Assembly (NCBI GenBank): GCA_965223265.1
Contig: OZ244999.1
Coordinates: 4,736,001 to 4,800,000, forward strand
Reading direction: 5' to 3'
DNA length: 64,000 bases
DNA from: Planctomycetota bacterium
Lineage (GTDB): Bacteria; Planctomycetota; UBA8108; SXIK01
Shown: positions 10,205 to 20,700 of the stretch, one piece after another
Layout: every line of letters begins with the position of its first letter
How positions within the stretch are numbered: the first letter of the stretch is position 1
Position numbers and translations under genes: made by a program
Notes under the pieces: generated by a model
Seen by the model: the letters and a program-made list of their open reading frames with translations, nothing else
Told to the model about the DNA's origin: nothing
The model's database searches: none

Positions 10205-10771
10205 TCAACAAGTACACTCATCTGCTGTCTTGCGGTCGAGGAATTGGTCGACAGCCTCGATGGCATGAGTTGCATAGACCACACCGGTCCCACCGCTCAT
10301 GAGGATCGCCACGCCCAATGCATCCGCGATCTCTTCCCTGGTGGCACCTGTTTCGAGAGCGTCATAACGTAACAGCCCGCCTGAAAAAGTCATTCGGCTG
10401 AGGAACTGGCCTCTTCACGCCCAGCTCGACCGCGTCGAGCCTCGCCGTGTATATCTTATAGAAGAGGGCTCGGAGATTGCCTACGTTCGCCGCGGCCGAT
10501 CTGGACGCGAAGCGACCAGTTCTCAGCTCGAAGCACTTTTGCAACGGGCGATAAGTGTGGTGTGCAATGCAGTCGTCGCGCGTGTGGCAACACTGATTGC
10601 CAAAGCGATCAACTCCTTGGTTTTCGTGTCGAGTGCACCGGCAGCCACAACGTTCTTATGAAGGCCCCAAAAAGCCTCCATCACCGCCGGCAGAGTGGCT
10701 CGAAGGGTTCGAACGTTTCTCTCGAAGTTCTGCGACCTGCCGGGATGGCCTTGCACCGTCGTCTCACGCAT
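10205..10771 (-). pseudogene. carboxymuconolactone decarboxylase / AhpD-like gene, split by MITE A copy 2 and a 1-bp frameshift
   Basis: KTKELIALAISVATR on one side of the MITE, YDALETGATREEIADALGVAILMSGG on the other; restoring one T gives RCDDCIAHHTY. Confidence 0.85.
10373..10550. mobile_element. fold-back MITE family A, copy 2 (178 bp)
   Basis: Homologous to 8474-8653; ATAA on the right, ATAA plus 5 extra bases on the left. Confidence 0.86.
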
Positions 10772-10800
10772 GGGTCACTGTCCTCCGATTCCATCCCCGT

Positions 10801-10980
10801 TCATGCCCCAGAGAAGAACTGATCCATTGAGCAGAGCCCTGCAATCGCCACAAACGCCCCACCGACAATGAAGCCGACAGCCATCACGAGGAGCCAGGCA
10901 GCTAGGTAGTTACCCCATTTCCTGCGACTGCCTTCGGCAAAACCAGCCGCAAACCAAATGAGGTATCTCCACGTAGTGAC
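10801..10980 (-). pseudogene. possible remnant of a small membrane protein
   Basis: Hydrophobic frame WRYLIWFAAGFAEGSRRKWGNYLAAWLLVMAVGFIVGGAFVAIAGLCSM with no start codon at its 5' end. Confidence 0.35.
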
Positions 10981-10990
10981 GATCGAGGCA

Positions 10991-11227
10991 TTACGCGCAG
11001 GAGTTCTCCCCCATCATGTCACAACACATTCGCATCATTTCGCTGCACATCGCCATCGGATCCTCCGACGCCTTCATCTTCTTCATCATCTCCGTCAAAT
11101 GCTCCTTCATGGGACCAGAACAGCATTCTTCTCGGGACGCCCCTTTCGCCACGATTTCAGCTCGAATCGACTCTTGATCCTCCGCGGACATTTCCTCAAA
11201 AGCTTTCAGGAATTCCTCTTTCTTCAT
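10991..11227 (-). CDS. small Met/Cys-rich protein (78 aa)
   Basis: GGAGG RBS before ATG 11227; 13 Met and 6 Cys. Confidence 0.72.
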   Translation of the reverse strand: MKKEEFLKAFEEMSAEDQESIRAEIVAKGASREECCSGPMKEHLTEMMKKMKASEDPMAMCSEMMRMCCDMMGENSCA

Positions 11228-11288
11228 CGATCGTTCCTCCATGACACGCTGCGAACGAATTTCTGCGGCAACGGCAACGCGACTTCAG

Positions 11289-11304
11289 TGCAAACGTTGT
11301 TCCA
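11289..11304 (-). promoter_or_regulatory. sigma-54 (-24/-12) promoter
   Basis: Minus strand TGGAAC-AACGT-TTGCA with exact GG-N10-GC spacing, about 60 bp upstream of ATG 11227. Confidence 0.65.
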
Positions 11305-11857
11305 GAGGAAAGACTTTCGACAGCCGAAAGATATATAGAGATCCGATAGGCGGGATCTCTGGCAGGCGGTGTGCAGAAGCTTTGAGCCAAGCCGTCGCTG
11401 AGAGATTCCTCCTGACTGCAGTGAGAGAAAAACCACCGCTTCAGGGAAATTCTCACGATCAGAGCATCGCGAGATGTTTCCACCATGGTGGCCGCTGAAG
11501 GCGTCGAAGACCGTCTTCGACCCCCGCGGAGGGAAGGCGCCTGCAGCTCCCTCGATGGACCGAGTTGCGTGCAGTTGCTGGTTGGATCTTCTGCAGCGCC
11601 ATTACGGGGATCGGCCGCGAGTTTCTCTCCATTGGGACGACGTTAGTCATCCGCGCGGTCGGAGCACCCGTGGTCTTTGCACTGATCGAGCTGCATAAAC
11701 TTGTATACAGCCGCGCGTTCCAGTTCTTTGACCACACGGGCAACCATCGCAGCGATCGTTGCTGGTGTGAACATCAAAGTGCTACCCGTTCACATTACCC
11801 CTCGATGGGCATACTGCGAACCTGCTGGATGTTCATGACTTCGTTGCGCTGGCTGGT

Positions 11858-13162
11858 TCAGACCAGCGGTGTCTTTCCTGGCATCGCGACGGGTGCCACC
11901 GCCAGGGGACCGAGCTCTAGCTTCGGCGGAAGAAGGTTCAGCTGAGACTCTTTGAGCGCCCAATCGTAGCGAAGGGCTTTGCCGGTATAGGCGCTCATCC
12001 GCCCAACGATCGCCGTCATGGTCGTCTCGGCAAGACGTCGGCACTCGTTGATGGGCTTCTTCTCACGGATGCTTCGGATGAACGCGCCGTGCATCTCAAG
12101 GTCACCCGTGGTGTGCTTGCCCTCGTACGTCCATGGCTTCTCGCCTTCGATGCGCGCGCCGCGGCGGGTGACGTGCGCGACACCTTTGGTACCTTCGATC
12201 ACGTTGCTGACGTTGGTCGTGACGCCGTGAATCTGCGTTGCCATCGCGAGCATCGATGGGCCGTTCTTGTAGGAATAGTCGACTGCGAAGTGATCATAGA
12301 TATGTCCATACTCATCCCCGGTACGCACCTGGCGACCGCCAACTCCGGCGCATGACTCCGGCGTAGATTTCATGATCCAGTTGCAGACATCGAGGTTGTG
12401 GCAAAGCTGTTCGACGAGATGGTCGCCGGAAAGCCATGTGAAGTACGGCCAGCAGCGAATCTGCCACTCCATATCGCTCCACTGCGCCTGACGCGGGTTG
12501 TTGTGCCAGTCAACCGTCGTGCCGAGCCAGAGAGCCTTGAGCAGCCTAATCTCGCCGATCTGTCCATCCCAAATACGGTTGATGATCTCGTGATAGTGCG
12601 GGACGTAGCGTTGCTGCGTTCCGACGACGATCGAAAGCCCCTTTCGATCCGCCTCGTCGGCGGCCGCCAGTAACGTCCGGATGCCCGTTGGACAAACCGC
12701 ACCCGGCTTTTCCATGAAGACGTGCTTACCGGCCTTGGTGGCGGCAGCGACATGGGTCGGTCGAAAACCCGGCGGCGTGGCATGGAGGACGATGTCGATC
12801 TCGTCCATGGCGAGGACTTTCTTGTACGCGTCGAATCCGATGAAGATTCGCTCCGGTGTGACGTTCACCTTGTCAGGTACTTCCTTGCGAATCGTCTCGA
12901 GGCCGACGTCGACGTAGTCGCGAAACATGTCGGCGACTGCATAGAGCTCGACACCGGGAGCCGAATTCAGGTGATAGATGGCGTCGCGCGTACTCCTTGA
13001 GTTGGCGCCGCAGCCAATCATAGCAACCCGTAGGGTGTCCGACCCGCCGGCATGCACCCCGACGCCCGATGAGGCGAGCAACGTCGCGCCCGTGGCCGTA
13101 GCCGTGCGGGAGAGAAAATCACGCCGAGAAAGGTCGTGCTTACGCTCAGTCTGCTTTTTCAT
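11858..13162 (-). CDS. Tat-exported Gfo/Idh/MocA family oxidoreductase
   Basis: SRRDFL twin-arginine signal, IGCG, ATPP, HVFMEKP, GTQQRY, H-NLD. Confidence 0.92.
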   Translation of the reverse strand: MKKQTERKHDLSRRDFLSRTATATGATLLASSGVGVHAGGSDTLRVAMIGCGANSRSTRDAIYHLNSAPGVELYAVADMFRDYVDVGLETIRKEVPDKVNVTPERIFIGFDAYKKVLAMDEIDIVLHATPPGFRPTHVAAATKAGKHVFMEKPGAVCPTGIRTLLAAADEADRKGLSIVVGTQQRYVPHYHEIINRIWDGQIGEIRLLKALWLGTTVDWHNNPRQAQWSDMEWQIRCWPYFTWLSGDHLVEQLCHNLDVCNWIMKSTPESCAGVGGRQVRTGDEYGHIYDHFAVDYSYKNGPSMLAMATQIHGVTTNVSNVIEGTKGVAHVTRRGARIEGEKPWTYEGKHTTGDLEMHGAFIRSIREKKPINECRRLAETTMTAIVGRMSAYTGKALRYDWALKESQLNLLPPKLELGPLAVAPVAMPGKTPLV

Positions 13163-13667
13163 ATCGACACCTCGGGAATGCTGATCGCGGATGAATTTGC
13201 CGAGTAACAGGATACTGCGGAAGTACCGGGAAGGCTACAGTGCCGAGCCTCTCGAAACATCCGCCTCGTTGGGGAGACTGGTCTTTCACGGTCACAAAGC
13301 CGGCCTAAAATCGATCACCGCGCGCCCCATCGCTCCGGTCGCAACATCCCGCACGACGACCGTCCAGCGGCCCGCGGCATCGCTGAACGCGAACGGAATC
13401 TCGAACGTGCACGTTCCAGTCGCAACGCTGGCGAGGGTGATCAGCAGGAGCTGCCAGGTGAATTGTGCTCATTCTGACGACGTAATCGACTCGGCTTCGA
13501 GCCAGCAAAGGCGGCCAGTCCAGTTGGCGCCGTGCGAGTTTTTGGACACGACCGGAACAGCCCGCCGGCGCTCGTCCGTTTCCGCAACATCTCGATCAAA
13601 GCGTTCGAGTAGTCGTGGGGTCGTTGCCGTCGAGCGAGACGGTAACGGGCTGTGCAGCCGAGAGCGG

Positions 13668-14468
13668 TTAGTTGACCTGCGGCGACGCGGCTGGCAGTGA
13701 GAACGATCCCTCGCGCAGTACGGCGCGGACGCAAATTTTCCGGCTGCAGAGGAGTTCTCGCGACAAAGCGAACCCTTCGAGCTCAGTGTTGAGTGTTTGG
13801 GAGGCGGTTTGCTTGCGTCCTTGCTTAGGAGCCTTTCTGGCGCGACGGCGGACGGCTCTCCGGATGAGGAGGCGCGACACCGGCCGGACGAAAGGATAGA
13901 GAATCGCCGAGGTGGTACTCTTCCCCAGACCTTTGAGGACGATCTCATCAAACTGGGCCACGCGCAGAAAGTAACGTATCTGGAAGAACGGCAGCGAGAA
14001 GACGTGGCCGTGGTAGAAGCGATCGCCATCGCCGCCCCACACGGTCGTCTCTTCGTTAGGAAACCCCGTGTGGAAGCTCTTCATGCCGGTCAGGAAGTAG
14101 CTGAGCCGACCGCTCAAGTCCATGAAGTTGGGCGTGGTGATCCACAGATAGCCTCCGTCACGCAGCACGCGGCGGCACTCGCGAAAGAAGGAAGCCAGGT
14201 CCTCGACATGCTCGACGCCTTCTTGGCACACCAGCCCATCGAAGCTGTCGTCGTCGAAGGGCAGGCGTTCGTTCATGTCGGCACGCACCGCTTCGTGCCC
14301 GGGTAGCTGAAACTCCTCCGGGAAAAGATCCGCCGCGGCGATGTCGTATCCTGCTTCGTTCAATCGGCGACACAGCGTGCCATCGCCGGCGGGAATGTCG
14401 AGCACCTTGCCCTTGCCCAGCACCGCGTTGACGTCGTCGAGCAGAAAATGATCGACGCGTTCCGCCAA
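13668..14468 (-). CDS. class I SAM-dependent methyltransferase
   Basis: VLDIPAGDG, LPFDDDSFD, EHV, RVLRDGG, TPN. Confidence 0.88.
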   Translation of the reverse strand: MAERVDHFLLDDVNAVLGKGKVLDIPAGDGTLCRRLNEAGYDIAAADLFPEEFQLPGHEAVRADMNERLPFDDDSFDGLVCQEGVEHVEDLASFFRECRRVLRDGGYLWITTPNFMDLSGRLSYFLTGMKSFHTGFPNEETTVWGGDGDRFYHGHVFSLPFFQIRYFLRVAQFDEIVLKGLGKSTTSAILYPFVRPVSRLLIRRAVRRRARKAPKQGRKQTASQTLNTELEGFALSRELLCSRKICVRAVLREGSFSLPAASPQVN

Positions 14469-14780
14469 ACTTCTTCTCCCTTACAGAGTCTCAGAGCACC
14501 TCCCACCGTCACCGAAAAACATACGTGAGCTACTTTGGGATGTCCAACAAAATGGGTTTCTCTAGACGATGCAGCAAGTCGTCTTGTTGAAGGGCCTTCA
14601 CGCTTGCGAGATCGATCTTGGTTTTTTCTTCGTGTTCGAGTCGCGCGAACCTTTCCCTGTATCGTCATGTACTACTGATCGCAGTCTATCTTCCGTTGCG
14701 ATAGAAACGGCACAGCTTGATGACGACGACGATGCAATCGCTCGCTTCGACATCGCCGCGGGAGGTTAACCTCGAGTTAA

Positions 14781-14960
14781 CAGCCCGCCTGAAAAAGTGC
14801 TTCGAGCCGAAAACTGGTCTCTTCGCGTCCAGATCGGCTGCGGCAAACGGAGGCAATCTTCGGGCCCTCTTTTTTCGATTCTGATGGCGAGTATTGACGC
14901 GGCCCGTCTGGGCGTGAAGAGGCCAGTTTCTTCGGCCGAATGACTTTTTCAGGCGGGCTG
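14781..14960. mobile_element. fold-back MITE family A, copy 3 (180 bp, inverted orientation)
   Basis: Same termini; TTAA on both sides; interior reversed relative to copy 1. Confidence 0.88.
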
Positions 14961-15139
14961 TTAACAGCGTTCGTTGTCTCATATGTTCCTGTTGAAACTG
15001 GCGCATATCAGCGCGTTCCGATCGATCGCCCATTCCCCGTTCGCGGTGTTCAGGGCGGTCAGTTGCACGAGTGCCGAAGCGCCCACGAACCGCCACCAAA
15101 TGTTCTGATGGTGGCTTGAAATCCGGGGAGGACTCCCGG

Positions 15140-16786
15140 TCACTCGCCGCGTCCCCGCAGACGGATCGCAAACGACCCCGCGTTGGTGCTCGAGTTTGAC
15201 GTCGCCTCGAACGCACCCACAGCGGTGGGCGTGAAGCGGAAGAAGTACTGGCAGCTCGCACCCGGCGCGACGCCGCTAGCGCAGTTCTGTGACGCCGTGA
15301 ACTGAGCGTCGGGGGGTACCCCACCAACGAAACTCTCCAGCGTGGACAGACCGAGATTCGTGATCGTGACGGCTTGGGGAGGACTGGTGACGCCGACCGG
15401 GACGGTACCGAAGTCGAGCTCCAGCGGCGTGACCCAAAGCTTGGGACCGACGCCGCGTCCCCTGAGTCGGATGACAAAGGGTCCGGCGTTGGTCGACGAT
15501 TCCGATGTCGTCTCGAAGCTGCCGAGCTTCGTCGGCGTGAAGCGGAAGAAGTACTGGCAGCTCGCGCCCGGTGCGACGCCGCCAGCGCAGTTCTGTGACG
15601 CCGAGAACTGGGTGTCGAACGGTACCCCGCCGGCGAAATCCGTCAGTGTGGAAGAGCTCGTGCTCCGGATGGTAACCGCCTGTGGTGGGCTCGTGACGCC
15701 GAGGCCAACGGGTCCAAAGTCGAGCTCGAGCGGCGTCACTGTCTTGTCCACTAATGGGCTGGGGAAGGGAGGCGAGACACCTCGTCCGCGGAGGCGTACG
15801 ACGAAGGACCCTGCATTGGTGGAGGTAGTCGACGTCGTCTCGAAGACGCCGCTCTTGGTCGGCGTAAACCGGAAAAAGTACTGGCAGCTCGCACCCAGCG
15901 CGACGCCGCTAGCACAGTTCTGTGAACCCGAGAACTGAGTGTCTGGGGGCAGCCCACCAGCAAAGCTCTCCAGTCTCGCCAGGCCGGTGTTCCGGATCGT
16001 CACCACCTGCTGCTCGCTCGAAGTGTGCAGCACGACGTTGCCGAAGTCGAGCTCAAGCGGGCTGGCCGTGAGCGATGCGCCGACCCCCGTACCGCGCAGC
16101 CGGATGACAATCGGCCCGGCGCTCGTGCTCGTCGTTGAGACCGTCTCGAACTCGCCCGTGGCATTCGGCGTCAACCGGAAGGAGTACTGGCAGCTCGCAC
16201 CCGGCGCGACGCCGCCAGCGCAGTTCTGTGACGCCGAGAACTGGGTGTCGGCCGGTGAGCCGCCGGCAAAGTTGGTCAGCAGTGCGGTTCCCTGGTTGGT
16301 GAAGGTGACCGTCAGCGGCGGACTGGTGACGCCGACGCCTACGCAGCCAAAGTCGAGATCCAGGGGGGTAACACGGATGGACTCGGGCGGCGGCGGGATG
16401 CATGGGAAGTAGACGACGCAATCGAGTCCATCGGGTGTGGGATCGTTACCGCAGCTCCCCGAGGGGAGGGGCGGCGGCTGCCCGTCAACGAACAGAAAGC
16501 TGAGGAGGTAGATGGGGTCAGCGATGTCGATGGAGCCATCATCGTTCACATCGGCGGCGTCTCGACACGGGATCTGGGCGGGAGATCCCACAAAGAGGAA
16601 GCCCAGAATGTGGATTGCGTCGCTAATATCCTCGGCCGAGTCTGCGTTCGAGTCACCGCGTCTGAAGTCCGCCGCTGGTGCAGACGATATCGCCACGGAC
16701 GCGACCAGTAGGACAACAAGAAAAAGCTGCGCTGAGGTGGCAGTCCTCGGGCGCCAGGCGTTCATCAGGAGCTTGATAGTACTCAT
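15140..16786 (-). CDS. secreted protein: dockerin-like domain + four ASH / choice-of-anchor-D-like Ig repeats
   Basis: Signal peptide, FRRGDSNAD...DISD and DAADVNDDG..DIAD; four about 100-aa repeats containing SQNCAxGVAxGASCQY. Confidence 0.82.
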   Translation of the reverse strand: MSTIKLLMNAWRPRTATSAQLFLVVLLVASVAISSAPAADFRRGDSNADSAEDISDAIHILGFLFVGSPAQIPCRDAADVNDDGSIDIADPIYLLSFLFVDGQPPPLPSGSCGNDPTPDGLDCVVYFPCIPPPPESIRVTPLDLDFGCVGVGVTSPPLTVTFTNQGTALLTNFAGGSPADTQFSASQNCAGGVAPGASCQYSFRLTPNATGEFETVSTTSTSAGPIVIRLRGTGVGASLTASPLELDFGNVVLHTSSEQQVVTIRNTGLARLESFAGGLPPDTQFSGSQNCASGVALGASCQYFFRFTPTKSGVFETTSTTSTNAGSFVVRLRGRGVSPPFPSPLVDKTVTPLELDFGPVGLGVTSPPQAVTIRSTSSSTLTDFAGGVPFDTQFSASQNCAGGVAPGASCQYFFRFTPTKLGSFETTSESSTNAGPFVIRLRGRGVGPKLWVTPLELDFGTVPVGVTSPPQAVTITNLGLSTLESFVGGVPPDAQFTASQNCASGVAPGASCQYFFRFTPTAVGAFEATSNSSTNAGSFAIRLRGRGE

Positions 16787-17764
16787 GGGAGTGCTCGAAT
16801 CGAGATGGCGCGGTGAAAACAGGCGGGCGTGTCCCCATCATACGACGTTACTGCCGCGGCCCGCAATTGTGAGATCTGCGCGGCCGGCAGTCTCCACGCG
16901 GTTGTCGATCTGCTCGAGTCAGATGTGATTCCCTTCGACGCCGGCGTCGGCAGGTCGACACCTGGGGTGAGGGCGACGGGAAGGAGGGCGGAAGCCTCAC
17001 CCATTCTCTCGCGAATTCGTCGATCGTGGCCGCGCGAGCTCAGATCGGTTACAACGATCTTATGACTGAGCCGAGCGAGACTTCTCACGCACGCCACAGA
17101 GCAACCAGTCGATCACGTAGAAGCGTGGCGAGGCAAGCGCCTCGTAGCGGACCGAGAGGGCTTGATGTTGAATCAAACGAACGGCTGACCAGGTTCAAAA
17201 CTCTTTCCAGACGAGCGCCACCCGCGTCAGGTCACCCGGACGAGGCCGGACGTCGAACGGAACAGCGAAATCGTACAGCCATCGTGGAAGCAGCGAAATG
17301 ATGCGCACGCCCTCCTCCACAAAGAATTCTCGATTCCACGTCTTCAGAAGAGACTCCGCCTCTTATTCTGGTCTTCATCGCGGACGTACTTTTGGAACTG
17401 CGATGTGTGCGCGCAGATTCATCCAATCAACGTTGGTTTCCTCTCGAACTTGGAGCCGCGTCGTGTCTGTTCGACGGACGAGAAGGGTGGGAAGTCTTGG
17501 TGCTTGGTCGGGAAAACGAAGTCTTTCACCCAAATCGAATGGCCCTTCCGGCGATGTCTTCTCATGTGTGCGATGAGTGTTGCGATCGCCGGGTGCACCA
17601 GAGAGCCGCCGTCGACATCTCCGCCCGTCAGGGATGCCCTGCGGCGACCTTTCAGGGAATCTTCCCTTGCCAAGAAACCCGCAGTAGAATGCGGCTTTCT
17701 AGTGAATGCGCCTTGAAACGAGTCGCCAGAGCGCTGGCGGCCTCGAGCTTCCGGAGAGACCAAG

Positions 17765-20700
17765 ATGGTTCCGGGGTATTCCATCCTCGAAAAGCTTTAT
17801 ACCGGACGAAGGCGTGTAGTCTATCGCGCTCTACGGGAGGAAGACCGAAGCACGGTTATCTTGAAGTCCCTCCTAAAAGAGCTTCCGTCTTCTCAGGACC
17901 TGACCAACCTCAAGCACGAATTTGACGTTCTCACGAGACTCCAGGCTCCTGGCGTCATCAAGGCCTTCGATCTGGCGCAGTCCGGCAAGAGTGCGGTACT
18001 GGTCCTAGAGGACATCCAAGGCCAACCGCTCTCCGAGTTGATTGGTCTGGGCGACGTCGATCTGCCAGCGTTCCTTCGGATTGCGTCGAAGCTTGCCGCC
18101 ACCCTCGAAGCGATCCATCGCCACGGCGTCGTGCATCGAGATCTCAACCCGAAGAACATCATCTTCAACAAGAAAGACGAGGAGCTGCGCATTATCGATT
18201 TCGGCATCTCGTCCCTGTTCTCTGAGGGAGCGCAAGGGCTTCATCGGGCGAGCGCCCCCGAAGGAACGCCCGCGTACATGTCTCCGGAGCAGACCGGGCG
18301 AGTGAACAGGGCTGTTGATCAACGGACCGACTTCTACTCGCTGGGAATCAGCTTCTACGAGATGCTCACGGGGCGCCTACCGTTTCGTACGGACGACCCG
18401 CTCCAGCTATTGCACGCTCATATCGCCAAGCAGCCACCCGCACCTCATGAGGTGAAGACCGACATTCCTCCGGTCGTTGCCTCGATCGTGATGAAGCTGC
18501 TCGCTAAGGCGCCGGAGGACCGTTATCAGAGCGCCGAAGGGATCCAAGTCGACCTTCAGGAATGCCAGCGCCAATGGAGCGCTGCCGAGAAGATCGAAGA
18601 CTTCCCACTGGGAATCAATGATAGGACAAGTATTTTTCAAATTCCACAGCGGCTATACGGCCGCGGAGTCGAGACAGAACGACTCCTCTCCGCTTTTCGT
18701 CGAGCCACCAACGGAAGTGCCCAACTCCTCCTTGTGAGAGGGTACTCCGGCGTCGGAAAGTCAGCCCTCATCAACGAAGTCCAAGTTCCCATACTCGACG
18801 CGCATGGGCACTTCATTGCCGGGAAGTTCGAGCAGCTACAGCGAACGGTTCCCTACTCAGCCATCGCCACAGCCTTTCAGCAGCTCATTCGACAGCTTTT
18901 GACCGAGAGTGAGTCCGCGTTGGAATCCTGGAAAGGCAGACTTCAAACCGCTCTGGGGAGCAACGCGCAAGTCATCGTGGACGTGATTCCCGACGTTGAG
19001 TTGGTCATCGGTCCACAGCCGCCTGCGGCAGAGCTCGGGCCCACCGAAAGCCAAAACCGCTTTCGTCTCGTGTTTCAAAATTTTACGCGTGTGTTTTGCT
19101 CGAAAGAGTCGCCCCTCGTTCTTTTCCTCGACGACTTGCAGTGGGTAGACGCCGCCTCGCTTCGTCTTCTAGAGTTCATTCTCACCGACGAGGACACGCG
19201 CCATCTGCTCGTGATTGGAGCCTACCGAGACAACGAGGTAGGTGCTGACCATCCGCTGTCTCGCGCGCTGCAGAGATTGCGGGACGACAACGCGACGACC
19301 GAAGAAATCTCCTTGTCGCCGCTGGGCGCAGACCACATGTCGCAGCTCGTTGCCGAGACCCTGTATCGCGACGGCGCAGACGTCGGGCCTCTCGTCGAAC
19401 TTCTCAAGCGAAAGACTGATGGGAATCCGTTCTTCCTGCGGCAGTTTCTCCGAACACTGTGCCAGGAAAAGCTGTTTGGCTTCGATCCCGACAGTCGATC
19501 CTGGCGCTGGGGCATCGAAGAGATCGAGGCGATGGACATCACGAACAACGTCGTCGATCTGATGGTCCGAAAACTGCGTAGGCTACCGGAGGCTACGCAG
19601 GTCACCCTGCGACAAGCAGCTTGTATCGGACACGGGTTCGATCTTCCGACCCTGAGCGTCGTGTCCGGCACCAACGCAGACACGACCAGTGGAAACCTCC
19701 AACCGGCGCTCGCTGAGGGTTTGATCGTGAGATCCCGAGATCCTCTTCGTGCGTCCCAGCGGGATGGTGAGACAGAACAAACTCCGACGGAAGCTCCGCG
19801 AAGCGCTTTTCGATTCCTCCATGACCGGGTCCAACAAGCGGCCTACGAATTGATCGACGAATCGGAGCGCGATGCAGTTCACCTTCGGATCGGCCGACAA
19901 ATGCTTTTCGGTTTGAGCGAGTCAGAGAAGCGCGATCGGATCTTTGAGATCGCCGATCACCTCAATTTGGGGCGACGTCTCATCGAAGACGATCGCGATG
20001 ACATTGACTTGGTCGGCGTGAATCTCGTCGCCGGCGAGAAAGCAAAGGAATCGACGGCGTATGCCGCGGCCCGCGAGTATTTTCGAGCTGCGTTGGAATG
20101 CTTAGCGCCGGACTCCTGGTCGACAGACTACGATCGGTGCATGGAGCTCCACACGCGCCTTGCCGAGTCAGAGTACCTCAATGGCGAATTCGATCGTTCC
20201 CGGGAGATGACCAATGAGGTCCTGAAGGAGGCGACCTCGGCGACTGACCGGGCCACCGTCTACGATTTGCTCGTTCGCCAGTACACACTCAGCGGAGAGT
20301 ACGAAACCGCAATCGAAACTGTCAGGAAAGCCCTTTCCGAACTTGAGATCGATTTACCCGAGGATGACCTCGCTACGGCTCTGACCGATGAATTAGGACG
20401 AATTCGTTCGCTCATCGGCGATCGCTCAACCGCTTCTCTGATCGACGAGCCTGAGATGACTGAAGCTACTAAGATGATTGCGGCTCGCCTCCTCGCGAGT
20501 TTGTGTCCGCTCGCCTATATCGCGAGTCCCGAGCTGTGTCGACTTGCCGGAGCGAAACTTGTCCGTCTGTCGCTGGAGCATGGACACACACCAGACTGCG
20601 CTCTCGGCTACTCATTTCTCGGGCTCACGTATGCTTCCGGCCTCGGAGAGTATCGGAAGGCGTTCGACTACGCGCAACTGGGTATTCGTCTCAGCGAGAG

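Noticed and set aside
13291-13470. Minus-strand fragment FEIPFAFSDAAGRWTVVVRDVATG, like a C-terminal beta-sandwich remnant
   Set aside because: No start and an in-frame stop upstream; insufficient support
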